Assembly (NCBI RefSeq): GCF_001194135.2
Contig: NC_068981.1
Coordinates: forward strand, 107,346,770-107,410,769
Direction of reading: 5' to 3'
DNA length: 64,000 nucleotides
Origin: Octopus bimaculoides
Taxonomy: Eukaryota
The position numbers were made by a program, and so were the translations under genes. This document shows positions 12,301 through 25,681 of the stretch, piece after piece. Each line of letters opens with the position of its first letter. Position 1 is the first letter of the stretch. The notes below the pieces were generated by a model. It saw nothing but the letters and a program-made list of their open reading frames with translations, had not been told where the DNA came from and made no database searches.

Positions 12301-15300
12301 GAGATTGGAATTTAGAAATAAAATATCAAATTTCATAGTTATGTTTGTTTTTGAAGATTTCATTTGAAATTTAAACAATTATAACTAATTTTCATTAAAT
12401 AATTATTTGCTCAAACTAAATTTTGCAGTAAATTTTGATGGTTTGGGATTTAACTGCAATTGTCAAGTTAATCTGCAATAGATATACTACACAATAGCTT
12501 CTACTGTAAATAGTTAAATATATTATCAAACATATATATCATATAAATTGAGCATTTCTAACAGTCTTTTAATGAAAAGTATGTTAAAATTATTGTTGCA
12601 TAAATTTTAAAAGTATTTAGAAAAAATTTTTGTATAGTTGACAAAACTGAAAAAAAATTGTATAATAGGCTATATTTTCAAATAAAAGAGTAAAAAAATA
12701 TGCATTTTAAATTTATACATATTGTTATAGATCTTTTCATAAATTTCAAATTATTCACTCACAGTACAGTCAAATGAACATTACTTCTAATGTAGAAACA
12801 TGTAGATCTATCATGTAAATCTATGATTAGTTGTCTATTAGAGTTGAATACATGGCTAAATTTTCATTTGTTTAGCAAAGTAAATACAAATGACTTCATA
12901 CCTTTAGATTTTTGTTCTAAAAATATAATGCCTCAATGTATGTTACAACAGTCTTCTCTTCTTGGTTACTAATCTGCTTTAAATTAATCCATCAGAAGGA
13001 ACCAGATATAAGCCTAAGGTCAGCTGAAACATGGTACAAACAAATTAAAGGAACAATGATGCTATGTTTAAAGAAAATAACTTACATTAATATTCATCAG
13101 AATGTTTCAGATCTAATACAGTTATAAATAATCATAAAGATATACATTCATATTTCTTTCCATTTCATTTTTAAAAAAACATTGCAGCATTAGATGCTTC
13201 CAGAAAAAATTTTTTAGATGTATGATAAAAACCTTTTGAAGCACAGTGGATTTAACCTCATGATAGAAACAAATCAAAGAATTATAAACCTATTCTTAAT
13301 ATTGGTAAAGTCATTTTCATTATGAAGTTTTGTTTACTGAAGAAAATAAGTGGATATTAAAGGATATTATGACATCTGGTTTACTGGCAATAAGACTGTA
13401 ATCCTGTCCTGTTCTCTATGAAATTTGGAATATACCTGTAGACAAATATATATAATTACTCTTCAGTGATATCTAGTATAACTACTAGTGTATACTAATG
13501 TATTAATGTAGTATAACTACTAGTGTATACTAATGTATTATTGTAGTCCCAGTGACGGGACTAAGCAGTTGCTCAAACAATCACTAAAGCCAACTCAAAT
13601 CGTTAAGAGGCTTCTACGTAGACACAGAAGCCACTAAGGGAGCATGTACATTGTTTCTTCATCTGTTAGAGTTAGCAACAAAATCTTCCTCAAAATTCAA
13701 TTAGTAAAAATTTTAAAAATTTAATTATGTGTTGCTAAGAGGACAAGCAATTTGATTTCATAATCTATAAATTACAGAAATAGCTCCAATAAAGTACAAA
13801 GTTCTAGTGGTATTCAAATTAATACTAGGAGTATATTTCATACCACACAGGTTTTACAAGCTAGAAGAAATAGATATTTTCACTATATGGGTAGAAATAA
13901 AAAAGAATAATAATAAAAAAAAACATCAGAATTGTGATAACTATGATTTATATAGGAGGTGCCGGTGGCACGTAAAAGCACCCACTACACTCTTGGAGTG
14001 GTTGGCATTAGGAAGGGCATCCAGCTGTAGAAACTCTGCCAGATCAGATTGGAGCCTGGTGCAGCCTTCTGGCTTGCCAGTCCTCAGTCAAATCGTCCAA
14101 CCCATGCTAGCATGGAAAGCGGACGTTAAACGATGATGATGATGACAACATTTGTAAATGTTTTATTTGTATGATGTTAAGTAAAGATCATAAAAAAATA
14201 TTTAGTATGAAACTAATGGTCACCATTATCTAAAAAATATATGACCAACATCATTTTGCTAAGCAAGTAACTAAGATAATCATGTTAAATGCAGATGTGA
14301 AATAAATATACAAAAAGCTATCAATCAAGAAGATTATCATAATATATTTGCTATTGGGCTGATTACTGATAAAAAAATATTTGATTTAAAAACTAGATTG
14401 TACTATAAGGAATGGAAAAAAATTTTAGCCTAATACCTCTAAAACAAACTTAAGGCATTTTTCCATGTGTTATCAATTTAAATTTATTTTCCAGTTAATA
14501 CATCTCTTTCGACTGAAGTTTTACCAGAATGTAAATATACTTCTTTTTTATGTCTTGAATCCCAAAATAATGATTTTGTTCAGAAAAAAATACATGACAG
14601 CAGAGATCCCTGTTTTGTTACCAAAAGGAAAACCTTTCTTTCACCCATTATGAATACAATATAAAATTCAAAGGCTAGAAATGTACTCTCAAGAACCATA
14701 CAAATTGTTCATAATCATCAGTTGTTAAAAGCTCAAAATGAATATGACACACTCTCCACATAATATATGCAATTATTAATATTACTAACTGTATAAATGA
14801 ATTTCTTCATTCACAATGAACATAAAACTGTCAATTGTGAAGCTATTATATATTGTTAGAAACTTATACTAATAACAAACCACTTATTCTTTAGTATATT
14901 TAACCTTCAGATTTTCATACCTAATCTCTTCCACAGCAACATTTAGTTGCAATTCAGTGACAGACTTCACAAGGTGAGCCAAGTGTTGGCACACAGAACC
15001 TCTCAAAAATCTGGTCCTGAAACTTTCTGATGGCTTTATTCTTCACTAAAATAGTTCATTATGAATATGGAACAAATGGTTCTACAACTGAGCTGGGTGG
15101 GACAAAAATTCAAATTGCATCCTATCAATTATATTTTGTACCTGTGTTACAACCAACCTCTTACCATTTTTATTACTTAATTAAAAAAAAAAATTAATAA
15201 TATCATTTTGTTTTGTTTTAATAACAAATGACAAAGATGTTCCTATATCAATCCAATCCAATTTAAATGTGCTAAGAATATAAGAAAACATGGGGTACAG

Positions 15301-16133
15301 ACACTTAATTATTCTATGCATATAATTTAATTTATTATTTTCCGATGTACATTAAAAGTCAGGAGTTTAATATATATTAATTGTAAATTAAAATTTCCTA
15401 AAACATTTTAATAGAAATATTATCATTAATGGATCACTAACCAGATTTAAGTATTATCATACAATATTGAATATAGTGTTTTGTACAGGAGTGAATTGCC
15501 CAAATGAGCACAATTTTGTAATAAAAATGTAATTTTAGTTTTAGCAAAAGAACTAATGCCTTTTTAAGGAACAAAATAAAGACAGCAAAGTTTATAATTC
15601 TAAGTTTTTGGTAATCACCTTACCAACTATATCTTTTGTTGCTTTATGGTTTACTATAAAGAAAATTTAAATGAAAACAACAAGTGGTAATGTAATATGT
15701 GACAGGTGCGTTATTAAGAGAAAGTTTATTTTATAAAATATTGCTTTATTAAGAATACTGCTTTGTTTATATACATATGTATATACATATATTTATTTAT
15801 TTTATTGACCATATACACTCAATGTACATGTTTTGTTTGTTCACTGGTTTTCTGAAGTATAGCACTTGAGGGATGACTCTCTCATCCCTAGTTCAATTCA
15901 GGCATGTGATATTGATAAGCCACAAAAATGGTGAAATACCATCACTCCTGAATTCGATCGGAGGCAAGTTGTCTCACCTGTCTATGACTTCCAGGAGTTT
16001 TAATAACAATGAGGAAGTCCTCCCCTAAGCACTATAGCGCACCGAAATGGCAAACAAACAAAACACATACATGGAGCATAGGCAGTCAATAATAATTTTC
16101 TCAACACTAACACTGTTTTCAATTTGTCATTGA

Positions 16134-16175
<42 letters not shown>

Positions 16176-19100
16176 CAGTTGATATTGAAAACTGGCATCC
16201 ATCAGAAATTAACTAATTGAAGTCAATACTTGATGGTTAAAATATTAAGGCTGTATTTACTTTTGCTTTAACTAATAAAAGAAGCCAGTTTAAAATATCT
16301 TAATCTCAAAAGTTTATACAAGAAACAGGAACTCATTGTAGTCAAGAGACCAAAAGAGAACTTCTATGTGACATTCAAGAGATATTGTCTTCAAATCAAT
16401 CCTTTCCATCTCAAAAGAAATCATATAGTCCTAATTTCCTCTCTAAACTGATGGTAGATGGTTAATGCTTGGAACATTTTTGAAAAATACTGTTTATCAG
16501 AACCAAACAGGGGTTAAACAATGACAACATAAATATATCAACAAAAAGGATATATTATTGTTGAAGATCCTGTACAGAAGACATTTGACATATAGGAAAA
16601 TATGCTAATTCACATTTCCACATTTTCTCATATTTCCAATGCACTATTCAAAAAATATCTAAATATGATTTCTTATGTTGTGAATTATTACAGTGGTAGA
16701 GGATAAAAAATGGCTATTTCTTTCATTCAAGTTTATCTTACTGTTTTTAAGGAAAAGAAAATCATTCTAGAAATCAATTTGAAGACTCAGTTACCAAGAA
16801 CTATCAACCGAGTCATGGTGTTCATAACAATGCAATTTAAAACAAAAACAATTTGTGTTTATAATTTATTAATCAACATGAATTAAGTAGGGAAAAATTC
16901 TAACATGAAATTATCATTCTTTTATGCACAATGCATATTTTAGAAAAACAAATTTGCAAGGAATAATTTGATGTATTATATATTTTATTTAGTTTTAGTA
17001 AGAGCCATTCTACTTTGTCTGCACCTTATATCATAACTCATGCCCAAGCAATAGAGGTAGAGTGGTTGGAACTATGCAAACACTAAATTTTTTAACAACA
17101 TGCCAATTGTCATAACAATAATGTAGATTAATAGAAAAAGTAAACAACAAAGCATTAAGATATCTAAAACCATGATCAATTTAGGCTTTATCTAAAGACA
17201 GCATATCTATTCTTCACTTATTGAAAAAATAAAAGTTCTATTAATTATTAAAGAAAAAGAGATTATTTATTTTAATATTACTGAAGGCTCTCAAAATTGG
17301 TATATGGTGAAATCTTCCTTGAAATAAATTTTCATGAGAGAGAGAGAGAAAGAGAGAGAGAAGCCTCACTGAGAAAAGACTTAGATTAGCAAGTATGATA
17401 AAACAATGGACATCTTAAGAACAATGCTTTTATACATAGATAAACAGAAATTTTAGATCAAAAATTCAAAAGTCAACATTCACCTAATTATAAGAAAATG
17501 TCATGAACATGTAAAGGGAAATTTTCTATCCAAGCCTTTAAATTCCTTTATTTTAATTTATTTGGCTGTGTTAACAGTTTTAACTACTCTCAAAACATTT
17601 TAAATGCAACTGCTTCATGTGCTTCATGTTTGCAATGGATAAAAAAAAAAAAAAGTAAATGTTCATCTAGGAAAATAGCATATCTATCTATAATGTAATG
17701 GGAAAATGATAGATAACAAAGTCCCTGAAACCTCAAAACAACACAGTACTTTGGATGTAATAATGCTATTTTGTAAAATAGAACATTTTTTAAAAAGCAA
17801 CCCCTCTTTAATATTTCATCAACATTTGTTTAGCTTGCCAAACAATGTTCAATCAAATGTAATTGATTAATGTATAAGGCATCCCATTTATTCAGCTATT
17901 GTAAATTACTAGTATTTGAGTTTTATATTGTTATAATATCTTCATATAAATTATCTGTCAAAAAAATTCACAGAAAACCTTTGATATCTGACAAAAGGCT
18001 CCATAACTAAACAACAATTCTATTGATTGAGTAAATTCCAATGTTCTCATTATTATTATTATATACAACTTATTTCTTATACACAAACTGTTTAGCAATA
18101 AGATTTTAGAAGTCCAAATGACAAGCCATTAAACAGGATTTTTCTAGCTCTAATTATTTAATAGATTTTAAAATTTTATTAATATTTTTTTTTTTTTTAA
18201 TAGAGAATTCCAGTTATGCATTCTGTTTATTCTTTATATTAACAAAAGTATCCAGTATATGGACTATTAGCAACAGCTACCAAACTACTCATTTGTTTTA
18301 GAGATAGTTTTGATGATCAACTAGTCAATTATTTTAATTCTACTTTTAGATAGTTTCAAAGTAAGACAAATATTCAGTGCATGAGTAAGCTGAACTGTGA
18401 AGTAGAAGTATTTGATCAGAAGTCAAAACATACAGTAAGTCTAGATACTGCAAAGAAATTCATCTGGATGTGCTACCATTCCTGCTAATTAGTCTAATCA
18501 TGAAGTAAAGTAGTGTGGTCAGGTAATACTACAGCACACACCTTAAAAGTTAAAATGAGTGCTTTTATAAAATTATCCTCCAGACCCTTTGCTTTTCTTC
18601 CTACATTCTAAATATGCAACAAAATTCTTGAAAATTCACAATGATTATGAAGTTAATTTTTGTTTTAGCTGAAGAACTATAAGCTTGTGCCTCTTCCTTG
18701 TATTGTGCCCTGGGGAAAACAATGTAAAATTAATTCTATATTATATATGACAATTTAATGCTGGCATCTGATTTTTACGTTGGGGCCAGTTTGAATCAGA
18801 ATATTTTAAAAGTTGATCATGATACTTTTTGAAATGATAAAAGGAGGAAACAATGATAAATAGAAAATATAGGGATATTAATTTTTGAAAATATACATAT
18901 ACTTGCTTTTAGTTACAGAGAAGCCACTAAATTATGATAACTATTACCACCACCAAAAATGATCACACCCAGTCAAATATGCACAATTTCATATTTGAAT
19001 AATAATCCTGAAAGCAATTCCACCATGCCATTATCATTTTATAAATCAATTAGAATAATCATCTTTATTTTCTAGCAAACCAAACAAAGAATACAACTAA

Positions 19101-22100
19101 CATATAGTAAGGGAGTATATGTTCATTTTTCTCAAATAATGAATAAATGTATACAATTAACAATCTCAGATTTAATGGTGAACAATATCTTCATATAAAT
19201 ATACATCAATATGTATACACAGGTAATTTTATTTGAGTTTAAATCTCAGCTAAATTTTTTTTCCTTTCATTTGTTTGTCAAAAAGTAAAACTGATATATA
19301 TTTACATTCAAAATAATTTATCTGAAATATTTTTTTATTTTTATATATTTGAGAAAAGTTTACATCATCAGAGCCTCCTATAGTAGTGTATTCCCAGTTT
19401 TGTGATATATATGAAAGAAACAGTATTTACTATAACATTTCTAAAGAAGTTAATGATTCTTATAGAGAGAAGACATGCCAATGTTGTTTTTAGCAGAAGA
19501 TAATGAAAAAGAAACCATTAACATTTCTTTAAAAGAAAACAGTGGGTATTTGCAGCAGTAGAAGCAACCCTAAACTTATAAATTTTGTCAGCTATATAAG
19601 TATTAAGTGTTACCGAACGGTCTAATCCAAGAGACCAATGAAAGTAGTAAGATGCTGTTCCTGGAGGACCACCCATATGTTTCAAAAACTCCTGTAGGTA
19701 ATATAGATGCAACAAAATATTTTTATAAAAATGTTAACAAAAATTTTCATAAAGTGAAAGTCTAACAAAAATCCACAGGAAAGAAAAACCTGAGAAAAAT
19801 CTGGATAGAATGGAATATTATAAAATTAGGTTAAATAAAAAAAAATATTAAAGTATAAATAACAATACATTTCTGATATGCACCTGGTTTGATATTGACT
19901 GAAAGAAAAGTTTTAAATATTTATAGACAAAATTTATAAAAAATGTATTTTTAAAATAACAATTACAACATGATTTTTCATTTAAAACCAATCTGTGAGA
20001 TCCATAACAGGAAGGATTGGGGTGATAATTGGTGCAGGTGAGAAATAAATGAAATAAGCTGGGTAACTAGCATAATATGTGAAAAAGAATATATAACAAA
20101 AGTGCTTGAAAATTTGGTTTAAGAGAAACTGCTTTAGCCTGATGTAATTATATATACTTGAATAGTAATTTTGAGAAATATATTGAAGTTGATATAACTA
20201 ATTAAAGATTGGAATATTCTTTTCAAATACATTACTGATATGCCTGTTCTATGTTAGAAAACAAAACTGATTAATAAGTTTTAGATTTTGTTTTAATACT
20301 TGAAAAACTAAAGATAATTTTAAACACGAATAAACATAATAGCATTAATTTTTATATGTATAAACATTTTCATTTCCTAAACAGGAAAAAATTTCAGTGT
20401 CATGTCTAAATTTCAGAAATCCTGAAACAAATTCTGTCTATAAGGGTAATTTAATCGTATCTAAATTATTATGTAGATTTAACTAAACAATTCTTTTTAA
20501 ATTAAGGAAAATAGATTTTTTTTAAATATGTATTTTTTAAAAATATGTATGTAATAAAAGTCGTAATTTTTTCTATTGTTTTCATTTTCTAAACTATTTT
20601 AAAAGCATTAATCATGTACCTATTTCATCAGAAGCCATAGATGTACATCAGTAGTTCCCAAATATATTTTACAATATAGAACAAATGAAAATATTTTGGC
20701 ATACATAGTGCATAAAGTCAATGTAGTAAAACAGGATTTTTATTTTAGTCTAGTTTGAACTACAGAAAATGAATAAATATGAATTTTATTCAATAAATAA
20801 AACAGAGTCTTCATGATTCATCATGATTTTTAGATTGAGAATTTAGTTTGTATTTTCATATTTTAAAAATATAATTCCATTATTTTTGTAATGCATTTAA
20901 CTACATTTCAAGACACAATAGTATGCCACAACACATTCATGAGAAACCTCTGATATACATTACTTTATCATTTTTTTTTTACGTTTTGTTATAAGCATGC
21001 AAGAAAAACTAAACTTCTTAAACATAAGATGGTTCACTGAACTGCTAAATATGGAAATAACAAGATGTTTGTGCACTCAACTTATGGGAATATATTCCAT
21101 CCAATGGGATTGTTACAATTGTAGTTTCCAGAAGTTTGTTCCATTATAATCTTATATTACGGATGTTAAATGATAATATGCTGATTATATTATGTATTTT
21201 CTATCTATCTATCTAAGGAAAATAGAATGCACACACACACACATATACTGTCTATTTTGGCATGGTTTCAATAGCTGGATGCACTTCCTAATGCCAACCA
21301 CTTTACAGAGTGTACTGCGTACTTTTAAGGTGGCATTGGCACAGGCACTTTTATGTGACACTGGTATATATTATCAAAGGAAAATAGATAATACACCCAC
21401 ACACATGTATGTATAGCAAGCTATGACAGTTCTTTTGGTCGCTACTATCAGGCACCAAACATGTGATCTAATGAGGGTTTGAAGTGAATAGTAACCACTC
21501 TCTTGACTTGAACTGTAATATATTTTACAATTTTACAAGCAGTTTACAATTCCAAAAGTGCAATTCCAGGCTTGATACACTTTTTCCCTTGTTAAAACTA
21601 ATGCTTTATAAACAATAGTTCAAATATTACTTCCTAGTTACCAGCATAGCTTTCATCCTGTTTAAACTGGTCGTGCTAAGGTAATTTTCATTTGGTACAA
21701 ACAGCAAGGTATTATCATTGTTTTCACAAATATTGGCCAGATAATCAATGAAAACTCAGAATAGGAGTAGGTCAAGTAGAGCCATATGGAACTGATGCAA
21801 ATAAGATAATAACATGGCTGATGTAACAGTCTATACCAAAGAAGATAGAGACTCAATATGAAAATTGAAACCAGCTTAGGAATAAAAAAAAAAAAAAGAC
21901 ATCACCATTTAATGTCTGTTTTCCATGCTGGCATGGGCTGGACTGTTTGACAAGAACTGACCAGCTGGGGAACTTCCAATTGTCTATATCAGCATGGTTT
22001 CTATTGCTGGATGCCCTTCCTAAATCAACCACTTCAGAGTATACTCGGTTGTTTTTTATGTGACACCGGCACAGCTGCTCTTTATGTGGCACTAACTTGG

Positions 22101-23933
22101 ATGCTTTGTATGTGACACCAGCATGGGTACTTCGTATGTGACACTGGCACAGGTGCTTCGTATGTGACACTGGTACGGGTGCTTCATATGTGACACTGGC
22201 ACAGGTGCTTTGTATGTGACACCAGCATGGGTGCTCCTTACATGACATTGGCACGAGTGCTTCATATGTGACACCAAAACGGGTGCTGCTTACATGACAC
22301 TGGTATGGGTTCTTTTTACATGATACCAGCATGATGGCTTTTTTATGCCGCCATCACAAGGGCTTTTTATGTAACATTGGCATGAAGGCTTTTTATATGG
22401 CACTGGTACAAGGGCTTTTACGTGACGCTGGCACAAGTGCTATTAATGTGACACCAGCACCCGCAAGCCCTCAAGAGAAGGACTTTTTGGCTGAGAGAGG
22501 GATGTAGAGGATATGCCTGCATGTATGGATGGTCATAGTTTACTTAGCTTTATAGGTCTTCTCAAGCAAAGCAAACTGCAAGAAGTCTTATTCCCTTGTC
22601 ATCTCTGTGAGGCCCAAAGTCTGAAGATCCTTCCTCACTACTTCATACCCCATCTTTCTGGTTCTACTCCTTCCATACATTCCTTTCACAATTAAAGATC
22701 AGCATTTCTTATGCAGCTGTCCTTAGCTAACTGATTCTCCTGAAGTTGCCTTATCAGGAAGAAAGCATCAGTAGTGCTTCTCTCTGGCACAAAACCAAAC
22801 TGCATCTCATTCAAGCTCATGCTCTTCCTGATTAGTTGAGCTATAATCCTCATTGTAACTTTCATCACCTGGTCCAACAATTCGATACCTCTGTAATTAT
22901 TTCTGTCTAAGGTGTCACCTTTACCTTTGTAGCAGTTGACTATAATGCCACTACACCAGTTATGGGGCATGATTCCCTCATGGATAACCTAATTATCTGT
23001 ATGGGTGAATAGGATCCCACTCCACTAGATATTTTACACATCTTAGTGGCAATTCCTGAAGGACCAGGGGCTTTCCCTGCCTTCATTGCTTTATCTACCA
23101 AGCTACTGTCAATTCGGATAGCTGGTCTCTCTTTCGGATCCACATTAGGCAGATTCTCCTTTTCTCATGCATTCTCTACCTTTAGCAGCCTTGCCTAGTG
23201 GCATGTCCAAGCCCCTTTCTTTGCAGAAACACTAACTGTAAGTGTACCATCACTCATGCAAACACACTTCTCATACTGCCATTGACTAGAATGGTTGGTC
23301 CCTTTGCTAGGCTCACATTTGGAAGGCTTTCTTTCTCCCAAGTATTCCATGTTTAGAAGCCTTTCTTGTCTCTTTTCCAAATTACAAAGTACAAATGTAC
23401 CATAGTCCATTTGTATACACTTTTCTCTTTCACAACGTCTCAATTTTCTCTCACACATTGTCTTGCAATCCAAAACACCTTAAGCCACTGGTCCTCATGT
23501 CACAGAACATTGGCAAACTTCTTCCTTTCTGCTTCTCCCCTCGCTAAATATGCTGGTCTCCTAGCTTCCCTTCTAGCTACCTAATACAGTTCTTACTATT
23601 ACCACTTTTCCAGTCCTTCCAGGCCCTTTTCTTCACTCTAATGGCCCTGTTCGATCTCATGTTAGAGGGAACTTTGCACCAGCTATAAATTTGGTAAGTG
23701 ACCCTCATTAACTTATCCTGTAGAAACCTCCAGTTGTCCTCTATGTTATATGTTTTTCTCACTCAAACTGTGATGACCCCAAACTTATTGGAGTCATATC
23801 CCTTGAAAATACATAAATATGTGTGTGTGTATCATTTAATATATACAGTATTTGAATGAGCTACTATTAGTTTCATGCTGTAAAAACATAAACTGGCAAG
23901 CTTAAATATTAACAAAACAGTAAATTATATATA

Positions 23934-23991
<58 letters not shown>

Positions 23992-24001
23992 NNNNNNNNN
24001 N

Positions 24002-24043
<42 letters not shown>

Positions 24044-24071
24044 TAGATAGATATATAGATAGATAGATAGG

Positions 24072-24109
<38 letters not shown>

Positions 24110-25595
24110 TATTCTTCACCTGTTGCAGTACCCCCACTAGACTTGCCTAATGAGGAGAATTGCTAGAAACCCAGCAAGGCAAAAACAAAACCTGTGAAAA
24201 GGATGGATGAACCTAGTATAGGTTCAACAATTATTGGCACTGAATTTCTTGCCCTGGCTTGTCTCTGGATAATATTAGTAGGGTTGAGAAGGTCTGTGAT
24301 GTACATTGCAAGCCTTATTGGACTTAAAATTTTAGGCTTTGCAATCACTGGTGAAGCAGCTTTCTGATGCCTGGTCAAGTAGGAGGGCACCATAGCAAGC
24401 ATGGAAGCCACAGGCATGAACCCAAATGAAGCTCACTGTGGGTGCAATAACTTCATGCACAGGCAATGCTGGCATTTTGCAAGGGCAATGGTCAGTGATG
24501 GTTTTCCTCAGTCATGAGTGGATAGCCATCATCATCATTATATGAATATATATATATCATCATTATCATCACTTAATGTCTGTTTTCCTTATTTATATAT
24601 ATACATACATACATACATACATACACACATATGTGTGTATACATATATATGTGAGGTGGTATCAAAAGGTTCCCAGACTAGTTATGTTTAATGGAAAATA
24701 ACTTATTTACCTAAGTTTTAACATCACTTCCTTCAAAATAGTCACCTTGCACAGCAATACACTGGTCCCAGCATTCCTGCCACTTTTGGAATCTGGCCTG
24801 GAAATCATTTTCCATAAGCAAGTCAAGGACCTTTTGCAATTCACTTTTGATCTCAACAATGGTGTTAAAACAGTGACCTTTGAACGGCATTTTCATCTTG
24901 GGGAAGTCCACAGGTGCTAAATCTGGCAAATAACATGGGTACAGAGGTGATACCATGTTTTTGATGAGAAACTCACAAGCAAGGAGAGTTTGATGACAAG
25001 GTGCATTGTCATTGTGAAAAACCCATTTCTTTGTGCTCCACAGATCTGATTACTTTTGTCAAATGTCCTCCCTTAAATGCTTCAAAATGTCATCAATTGT
25101 CCTCCAACAATCCCAAGATGATGAATTTTCTCCACATCTTAATGAGGTGGTGTGTGACACTCATGGCAAGTCTTCCAGATTGTTTGCCAAGTGGTTCTTC
25201 TGCTTTTGAAGTATCCATTTACTCTAAACATTACATACAACCCATTGCCTAGTTGCCGTAAGCTTGCCAAAGCATGCTTAATGTCTTTGTAGCAGACTAC
25301 CCAAGTTTAACATAAAATTTCACATTGGCTCTTTGCTCCAACTTCCTGTCCATGACAAACATTGTAGACTACAGCATACACATGATCACAAAATACGAAT
25401 TTCACAACAGTAATGTTACTCGGCACACTGTCTCACAAAGGTCACAGCTAGCTCTCACTGCACACACAACCATGTGCTACCATCTGTTGGCATGCTACAG
25501 AACTAGTATGGTAACTTTTTTATACTACCTTTTATATGTTTCAGCCCTAAGGCTGTGGCCATGCTGGGGCAATATATATATACATACATATATAT

Positions 25596-25681
<86 letters not shown>

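Noticed and set aside
15986-16039. Minus-strand AG..GT-flanked 54-nt open segment ([18 protein letters not shown])
   Set aside because: No similarity to alpha2delta and adjacent to a SINE-like remnant; cannot be supported as an exon.
21640-21830. Minus-strand ..TLARPV and hydrophobic [13 protein letters not shown] stretch as another exon copy or a terminal exon
   Set aside because: LARPV is followed immediately by a stop, there is no Trp or YxD, and no phase-compatible splice sites.
21853-22332. 159-aa repetitive ORF
   Set aside because: Translation of the 26-bp minisatellite; a 26-nt unit cycles through frames, so it is not a coding repeat.
22057-22462. CRISPR-like regular repeats
   Set aside because: Head-to-tail units with no unique spacers, in a eukaryotic intron with no cas genes.
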